64,000 bases of DNA from a virus. The stretch covers positions 1 to 64,000 of the IMG/VR virus record IMGVR_UViG_3300049846_001316; one strand, written 5' to 3'. Shown in pieces: positions 58,318 through 64,000 of the stretch. A model generated the notes under the pieces. That model had not been told where the DNA came from and ran no database searches. It saw only the letters and a list, made by a program, of their open reading frames with translations. The stretch's first letter is position 1, and each line of letters opens with the position of its first letter. The position numbers and the translations under genes are program-made.

Positions 58318-58866
58318 TTATCCGTAGGCGCGACAGCCCCATCCGGACAGACCGTACTTGGCATACACCCGCTCCGCAACGATGATCTGCTGCTCACGAG
58401 TGGCGTGACCGGCGAAGTCAGCGAACTCGCGTCCGCCGAAGCCGTTCCACGTGGTGTTGGCGAAGCCGAGCCCACCGCTGAAAGTGCGCCCGACCATCCC
58501 CCAGTCTCCACCCGTCTCGCAGCGAGCGATGCCGTCCCAGTTCACGCCGCCGGAACGACGCGGAGTTGGAGTGCTCTGTGCTCGAGCCGCTCGAGCTCGC
58601 TCCTGGGCGGCTCGAGCCGCTTGCACTTCGACTTCGTGCTGCTTCTGAGCGGCGAGCCACAACTGGCGGTTGTGCTCGTCGATCTCGTGGGTGCGAGCGA
58701 TGACCGCCGCCTGCACGATGGGGGACTTGCTCATCCCCTCCATCGAGACGGTCGGCTGGTTCATCGTCACCGGGGCCTCGGCTGACGCATCGGTCGCAAC
58801 GACGGAACCCACGGCTCCGACGACCGAGACGACAGCGAGGAACGCAACGCCCATGATTCGAGTCAC
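58318..58866 (-). CDS. rpf: Secreted resuscitation-promoting factor (Rpf) family lytic transglycosylase
   Basis: Signal peptide ending ASA; C-terminal VNWDGIARCETGGDW...GGLGF...TW...ATREQQIIVAERV...GWGC. Confidence 0.92.
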   Translation of the reverse strand: MTRIMGVAFLAVVSVVGAVGSVVATDASAEAPVTMNQPTVSMEGMSKSPIVQAAVIARTHEIDEHNRQLWLAAQKQHEVEVQAARAAQERARAARAQSTPTPRRSGGVNWDGIARCETGGDWGMVGRTFSGGLGFANTTWNGFGGREFADFAGHATREQQIIVAERVYAKYGLSGWGCRAYG

Positions 58867-59177
58867 TTCTTCTTGCCTTCGTTCGGGGACAGGTCCTCGA
58901 CCAGCTGCTTGAGCGAGTCGGCCGACCCCGTTGCGATGCAACGGAGTCCTTCCTTCGGGACGACGCTCCTGACGCAGAGCATCGCCCGAAGACCTCGGGT
59001 CGTTCCGACGCTGGCGACCACGAACTCGTGGTTGTGGTTGCCCTGCTTCTCGACGGCCTCCATGATCATCTTGGCGTCCGCCACGTCGTCGCAGAACGCG
59101 ATCACGTCGTGGTTGAACGTGTCGAAGCAGGCGATGTACGCCTTCCGGCCGCGACGAATGAGTGTGTAGTCGGTCAT
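58863..59177 (-). CDS. Hypothetical protein
   Basis: 104-aa ORF, GTGA-coupled to rpf. Confidence 0.6.
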   Translation of the reverse strand: MTDYTLIRRGRKAYIACFDTFNHDVIAFCDDVADAKMIMEAVEKQGNHNHEFVVASVGTTRGLRAMLCVRSVVPKEGLRCIATGSADSLKQLVEDLSPNEGKKK

Positions 59178-59208
59178 GCTGGTATTACCCCCAACTGGTT
59201 TGAGAAGT

Positions 59209-59412
59209 TTACGCCGTCAGAGAGACGACGTTGCGTATCTGCTTGCCTTTGCATCCCGGACAGGGCGATACGCTGAAGATTGTCCGGGGCACGGTCTGAT
59301 CGTCCCAATACTTCCGATCAGCCTCGCGCTTGGAGTTGTCACGACGTTCTTCCCACGCCGCCGGCGCATCGCACTCGTGGCCGCAGTCGAACGTGACAAC
59401 CCACTCGTTCAC
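59209..59412 (-). CDS. Small zinc-binding hypothetical protein
   Basis: GTGA-coupled; CGH...CPGC. Confidence 0.5.
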   Translation of the reverse strand: MNEWVVTFDCGHECDAPAAWEERRDNSKREADRKYWDDQTVPRTIFSVSPCPGCKGKQIRNVVSLTA

Positions 59413-60515
59413 TTCGTGTCCACCACCGGCATGATGGTGCACTCGTAGCCGGTGCCGTCCGACACCTTGAACTGCTTGTCGGACGTGGGACCGAACTCGA
59501 ACAACGTCTCGGTGCCGGGCTCGATCACCTGGAGTGCACCGATCAGCGACTGCGGGGCGACCGCGGCGTCGAACGCCTCGGTCGGTCCGTCGCTCACGGA
59601 GAACGTCAACTCGGACTCCCCGATCTCGGGCAGCGTGAGCTTGACCTTGAGCTCCGTCTTGGTGATCCGGAGATACGCCTTCGGGTACCGCTCGTTGCGG
59701 GCGACCACCAGCAGGGAGCTGATTCCCTGCGCGACCTCCTGCGGATCGAGCAGGCACGAACCGCCGAAGTCCTTCTGCACCACGGCACGGAGGTTCGGGT
59801 ACGGGTGCTCGTAGATCGACGTGGAAGTCTGCGTGTCCTTGTCGAGCGTGAGCAGCAGCCGGTCGTTCTTGACCCCGAGCTTCACGTCGTGCGATTCCGC
59901 GACGAGGGCACCGAGCGCGGCCATCGGGACCGTGATCGGCTTCGCCACGGGGACCTCACACGGCACGAATGCGGCCTTGTAGCCGTCACACCCGTAGAGG
60001 AACTCTCCGTCGATGTGGACGCCCGTGAGGGGCGCACGCTGCGCCTCGGTGGCCACCGCCCACGCCACCCGCCGGAACCGCTCCGACAGGTGCTCCACCG
60101 CGGCGAGCCCGCGGGTGCTGTACCGGTCGGTCAGCACGAAGGGGTAGTCGTCGTGCAGGATCGGACGGATCTTCGAGTGCGACCGGCCGTGCTTGAAGTG
60201 GATGTACCCGTCCTTCTGCTTGGTGATCTTGACGGTCTGTCCGGCGCCGGTCGCGTAGTTGTTCGTGATGCCGGCGAGCAAGAACGCCGGCAGGCGCCAA
60301 AACTCCGCCTCGGAGTCGTCGCTGACCTCGGCCTCGACCTGCTGGCTGAACGCCGACTCGAGGTCGGTGGCGAGCAGCCGCAGTCCGACACCCGGCAGGA
60401 CTTCGATGATCAGTCCCTGCGCGCGGTCGAACGCGTTCCCCTTGACGGGGCACACTCGAGCTGCACGCTGCACGGCATCCACGAAGGTGCCTGCTTCAAC
60501 GGTGAGGGTGGTCAT
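59409..60515 (-). CDS. dnaN: DNA polymerase III beta sliding clamp
   Basis: About 368 aa; LLATDLE, RAPLTGVHI, GCDGYKAA, YPNLRAVV, C-terminal IMPV. Confidence 0.88.
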   Translation of the reverse strand: MTTLTVEAGTFVDAVQRAARVCPVKGNAFDRAQGLIIEVLPGVGLRLLATDLESAFSQQVEAEVSDDSEAEFWRLPAFLLAGITNNYATGAGQTVKITKQKDGYIHFKHGRSHSKIRPILHDDYPFVLTDRYSTRGLAAVEHLSERFRRVAWAVATEAQRAPLTGVHIDGEFLYGCDGYKAAFVPCEVPVAKPITVPMAALGALVAESHDVKLGVKNDRLLLTLDKDTQTSTSIYEHPYPNLRAVVQKDFGGSCLLDPQEVAQGISSLLVVARNERYPKAYLRITKTELKVKLTLPEIGESELTFSVSDGPTEAFDAAVAPQSLIGALQVIEPGTETLFEFGPTSDKQFKVSDGTGYECTIMPVVDTK

Positions 60516-61054
60516 GCCTGGAAGATCTCCTCCATGTAGTGCTGCGCTTCCGCGAGCGTTGCCCGGATGTCGTCGATGGCGCGGTGAGTCTTCTTGCCGC
60601 GCGGCTGCCACGCCGGGATGTCCGGGCGCCACCGGGGCAGCAGTTCCTTGATCGTGGAGATGTCGATGTTGCGGTAGTGCAACGCCTCGGTCGTCAGCGG
60701 CATGTGGCGCTCCATGAAGCCGCGGTCGAAGTGAACCGACGAGCCCCCGAGCGGGAGCTTGACCGCACCGCACGTGTGGTGCAGGAAGTTGGCCACCGTG
60801 TCGTCCACCGACTCGATGTCCGGTGCGTTGTCGTGCTGGGCGCGGAGCACCGCGTCGAACAGGCCCGAGTTCTGATGCATGAGGAGTACGTCGTCCTTCA
60901 TGCGGGTGACCCAGTGGTTGTCCCGCGGAGCCACGACCGTGGCGAGTTGGTCGATGAGCTCGAGTCGGTCACCGGTCACGATGAACGCGACCTCGAGGAT
61001 CTCGTCCTCGTAGGCGTCGAGCCCGGTTGTCTCGATGTCGCACCAGACGATCAC
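60512..61054 (-). CDS. orn: Oligoribonuclease (DEDDh)
   Basis: VWCDIETTGLD, MHQNSGL, GSSVHFDRGF, LHYRNIDISTIKEL, HRAIDDI. Confidence 0.92.
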   Translation of the reverse strand: MIVWCDIETTGLDAYEDEILEVAFIVTGDRLELIDQLATVVAPRDNHWVTRMKDDVLLMHQNSGLFDAVLRAQHDNAPDIESVDDTVANFLHHTCGAVKLPLGGSSVHFDRGFMERHMPLTTEALHYRNIDISTIKELLPRWRPDIPAWQPRGKKTHRAIDDIRATLAEAQHYMEEIFQA

Positions 61055-61212
61055 GCGTCCTCCCCCACGGTGATGTGGACCGTGCCCATGAAGGTGTCCA
61101 CGTCGAGTTCGTAGTAGCGGTCGTCGTCGGCCTCGATGTTCGAGACGGCAACGCACACTTCCAGGTCGTTGGAGTATCCGGCGAGGATCTCCTTGAGCTG
61201 ACCAACGGTCAT
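61051..61212 (-). CDS. Small hypothetical protein
   Basis: AGGAG RBS; MTVGQLKEILAGYSNDLEV... Confidence 0.6.
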   Translation of the reverse strand: MTVGQLKEILAGYSNDLEVCVAVSNIEADDDRYYELDVDTFMGTVHITVGEDA

Positions 61213-61227
61213 TGAGGGTTCTTCTCC

Positions 61228-61419
61228 TTATCCGAACTTGCGGTTGCCGAGGTCGACGACCGCGGACTTCGGGACCCGCCAGCGGTTCCCGATCTTGATG
61301 GCGGTGAGCTTGCCCTCCTTGATCCACGTCCGGATGGTCGAGGGCTTCATGGAGAAGAGTTCCGCGACCTCCTCCGGCGAATACATCTTCTCCGGCTCGG
61401 CGTCCGGTGCGGTGGTCAT
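61228..61419 (-). CDS. Excisionase-like HTH DNA-binding protein
   Basis: YSPEEVAELFSMKPSTIRTWIKEGKLTAIKIGNRWRV. Confidence 0.88.
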   Translation of the reverse strand: MTTAPDAEPEKMYSPEEVAELFSMKPSTIRTWIKEGKLTAIKIGNRWRVPKSAVVDLGNRKFG

Positions 61420-61510
61420 CGGTCCTCCTTCTTCTTGTGTCGGGCACAGGTGTGCCGCAGGATCGGGTTCACGCTGACCGTGCACCCGCAGACGAGTCGA
61501 TAGAACGCCT

Positions 61511-62950
61511 TCACGATTCCTCCCCTCGCAGGGCCTTGTATACGGCCCGCTTCCAGTCGGACTCCTCGATCACGGCGTCCTTCATTTCGAGCTTCTTCTT
61601 GATGATCTGCCGGACTCGGTATTCGACCGTGCCCTTGCAGAGGAACCGGTAGTACTCCACGCTCTCGCCCTCGGCGCCGATGCGGTGGATACGGTCCTCG
61701 GCCTGCTGGTTCATCATCGGGGACCACAACTCGTCCACGAAGAACGCCACCGAAGCGGCGGTCATGTTCAGGCCGGCAGCCGCGACTTGCAACATGCAGA
61801 CGATCGGCTTCGGGTCCGGGTCGTCAGACCACTCCCTGACCACGCTCGCGCGGTCCGCGCTGTTCACGTCTCCATGCAGCACGGGGATGCCCCCGATGCC
61901 AGCGACGTTGAGCCGTTGTACGAGTGCATACAGCACGTCCCGGAACTGGGTGAAGATGACGACCTTGCGGCCGGTGTTGTACAGCTCCATGGTCCGCGCG
62001 ACCACTTCGTCGAGCTTCTCGGACGAGTCCTCGTAGCCGGGGATCGTCGCGGTGGTGCCGCATATCTGCTTGAGCTTGAGAGCTTTGACCAGGCTGTTCT
62101 CGAGCTCCATGGGCTCGGGCTCGCCCGGCAAGTCGATCTGGAGCTCGGACTCAGCCTGGGCGTAGAGCCGTTCCTGCAACTCGGAGAGGCCGACCACGAT
62201 GTCGATGTGACGCTTCTCGGGCAGGTCGAGCACGTCCTCTTTCCGCCGGCGGATCATCACCGACGCCACTTCGGCACGTAGCTCGCTCTCGTTCTTGATG
62301 CCGACGACCTGCTTGTCCTTGAAGCCACCGAACATCGCGTACCGGTTCATGAACCGGAAGTAGTTGTTCCAGCGCCGCGGGTTGATGCGGTGGAGTTGCC
62401 CCCACAGGTCGCCCACGTTGTTCAGCATCGGAGTCCCGGTCACGAGCAGGAACCGGTCAGCCACGAGCTTGTGGGTGGCCTTGGTCCGCACGGACTTGTA
62501 CCCCTTGATGTAATGGGACTCGTCGAGGATGACGATGCCGAAGCCCATGGTGTTGAGCCGGTCGACGTACTTGGGCAGGAGTTCGTAGTTGATGATGGTC
62601 ACGTCGAACACGAACTCGCCGTCAAGGAGTTGGGCTTCACGCTTCTTGGGCGTGCCGTCCACCACGACGTAGGAGAAGTTCGTGTGCTTGGCGATTTCTT
62701 CGGCCCAGTTGCCCTTGAGCGTGGCGGGGCAGACGATCAGCAACTTCTTGGCCCGACCCATTTCGAAGTCGATGCCGGCGAGGGTCAGCGCCTCGAGGGA
62801 CTTGCCGAGGCCCATGTCGTCAGCGAGGAGCCACGAGTCTCGGGTCTTGGCCATCTGGCGGATGGCTTCGAGTTGGTGGGGGTAGTAGGTGATCGTGTCC
62901 TTGATCTTGCTCAGTGATCCTCGACCATGCGGTGCAGCCATGCGTGCCAT
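61511..62950 (-). CDS. SNF2-family helicase
   Basis: LLADDMGLGKS, ILDESH, VTGTPM, GLNMTAA, QAEDRIHRIG. Confidence 0.93.
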   Translation of the reverse strand: MARMAAPHGRGSLSKIKDTITYYPHQLEAIRQMAKTRDSWLLADDMGLGKSLEALTLAGIDFEMGRAKKLLIVCPATLKGNWAEEIAKHTNFSYVVVDGTPKKREAQLLDGEFVFDVTIINYELLPKYVDRLNTMGFGIVILDESHYIKGYKSVRTKATHKLVADRFLLVTGTPMLNNVGDLWGQLHRINPRRWNNYFRFMNRYAMFGGFKDKQVVGIKNESELRAEVASVMIRRRKEDVLDLPEKRHIDIVVGLSELQERLYAQAESELQIDLPGEPEPMELENSLVKALKLKQICGTTATIPGYEDSSEKLDEVVARTMELYNTGRKVVIFTQFRDVLYALVQRLNVAGIGGIPVLHGDVNSADRASVVREWSDDPDPKPIVCMLQVAAAGLNMTAASVAFFVDELWSPMMNQQAEDRIHRIGAEGESVEYYRFLCKGTVEYRVRQIIKKKLEMKDAVIEESDWKRAVYKALRGEES

Positions 62951-63372
62951 GCCTCCTTCACTCGCTCGAGGTACGTGGGTGACGCGAGTCGGAGTTCCTG
63001 ATCTCCGGCGCCCGGCTGGCTCTCCCGAATCTCATCCTGGGGGATCTGGAGATCACGACTCTGACTCGGGATGGTGTGGCCGATCAGCGCCTCGTTCGGG
63101 AGCGCGCCTGCGTGGTCCTCGCCACAGTCGAGACACCACCCGAACCGCAGGTGGTTCGCCGTGCGAAGGGTGGTCTGGAAGTTCATGAGCACCGCGATCC
63201 CGCCGTTGCCGATCGCGTGCAAGAGCAGCTCCACGTTGCGCGCGGTGTGGTCATCCGTGGTGGTGAGCCACTCGCGCAGGTGTCCGCTGTCGATGGTGTT
63301 CCGGACAGTCGCCGCAGCATTCGCCTCAAGGGCGGCGCGGATCGGCTCCGGGAGATCTTCGGGATTCATCAT
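62911..63372 (-). CDS. Hypothetical protein
   Basis: MMNPEDLPEPIR...CLDCGEDH. Confidence 0.55.
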   Translation of the reverse strand: MMNPEDLPEPIRAALEANAAATVRNTIDSGHLREWLTTTDDHTARNVELLLHAIGNGGIAVLMNFQTTLRTANHLRFGWCLDCGEDHAGALPNEALIGHTIPSQSRDLQIPQDEIRESQPGAGDQELRLASPTYLERVKEAWHAWLHRMVEDH

Positions 63373-63400
63373 GTACACAGTGGCCCCTAGAAGAGAAGAA

Positions 63401-63468
63401 GCCCGGTCGCGGGGCTCGAACGAGTGCGTATGCCAGCGAAGCACCACTCGTCCGAGCCCCGCGCCGGG
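63401..63468 (-). terminator. Long hairpin with pyrimidine tail after the SSB-like gene
   Basis: CGCGGGGCTCG(G)ACGAGTG/CACTCGT(T)CGAGCCCCGCG with a G-U pair on the - strand, then CUUCUUCUCUUCU. Confidence 0.6.
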
Positions 63469-63485
63469 GGCCTCACGGACGACGA

Positions 63486-64000
63486 CTAGAAGGGAACCTC
63501 GTCGTCGTCGCCCGAGTCCGTCGAGCCCGTCGCCGCCGGAGTCGCGGGCTCCTCGGGAGCCTGGTCGTTGGCGGGCGGGGTGTGCAGGAAGTCGCGGATC
63601 TGCCGGTACTGGGCGACGTACTCGCCCCACTCGGCCTCGGCCGTGTCCCCCGTGCGCACGAACGCCGGGACCGCGTACTCCACCGAGCCACGCTTCTGCG
63701 CGGTGAGGGTGATCGTCGTGGTCGCGGTGAACGCGGGCTGCTTCGCCCGCATGAACCCGGAGAAGTACGCGTTCACCGGACGGATGCTCGACCGCTGGAG
63801 GGTGAGCAACGCCGGGGCGAGCGAGTCCGTACCGGGCACGGGCGCGAGGATGATGAGGGTCTTCTGGTCGGCGCACCACGGGGACTCCTTCCCCGGCATG
63901 GTGCCCCACTCCTTGAGCTTGCAGTCGGCGCACGAGATGCGCGGCACCTCGTCGTCGAAGTCGGACGCCGCGAGCCCCGCCTGCTTCCACGGGAAGGTCT
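63486..64000 (-). CDS. ssDNA-binding-like protein (5' truncated by the window)
   Basis: Frame open to the window edge; acidic C-terminal tail DSGDDDEVPF; CADC...C. Confidence 0.6.
   Translation of the reverse strand, partial: TFPWKQAGLAASDFDDEVPRISCADCKLKEWGTMPGKESPWCADQKTLIILAPVPGTDSLAPALLTLQRSSIRPVNAYFSGFMRAKQPAFTATTTITLTAQKRGSVEYAVPAFVRTGDTAEAEWGEYVAQYRQIRDFLHTPPANDQAPEEPATPAATGSTDSGDDDEVPF

Noticed and set aside
61228-61419. Excisionase-like HTH as evidence of a prophage or temperate lifestyle
   Set aside because: No integrase, repressor, att site or host flank is in the window, so lifestyle cannot be determined.

Overview
The whole window is one high-GC tailed dsDNA phage genome segment (long-tailed siphovirus-like; 2343-aa tape measure), almost certainly infecting an actinobacterium. 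An Rpf gene and GYxLDxxGGxHxF/WDIAR-type repeats hint, weakly, at Acidimicrobiia. Layout: (1) about 1.3 kb of non-coding, repeat-rich left end; (2) + strand accessory block with an ECF-type sigma factor, PAPS-reductase-like protein, C5 DNA methyltransferase, glycoside hydrolase, secreted beta-helix protein, holin, NlpC/P60 endolysin, collagen fibre and two paralogous fibre-like proteins; (3) an inverted AEP primase plus Zn-finger/DUF3987 helicase pair; (4) + strand packaging, head and tail module (17.1-49.8 kb) with a -1 frameshifted tail chaperone, a hub-PASTA-glycoside hydrolase fusion and large spikes; (5) - strand arm with three glycosyltransferases, a YhhQ + QueF-L-like + TGT/DpdA-like 7-deazaguanine salvage module, a SAM methyltransferase, Cas4-like nuclease, N6A/N4C methyltransferase, RusA, stand-alone Rpf, beta clamp, oligoribonuclease, SNF2 helicase and a truncated SSB-like gene. 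The best candidate for an undescribed system is the salvage-only deazaguanine DNA-modification cassette embedded among glycosyl/methyltransferases, possibly linked to a second, degenerate TGT-like protein at the small-terminase position. No integrase, DNA polymerase, tRNA or CRISPR array was seen; the genome continues past the right edge. All calls come from motif recognition by eye, with no database searches.
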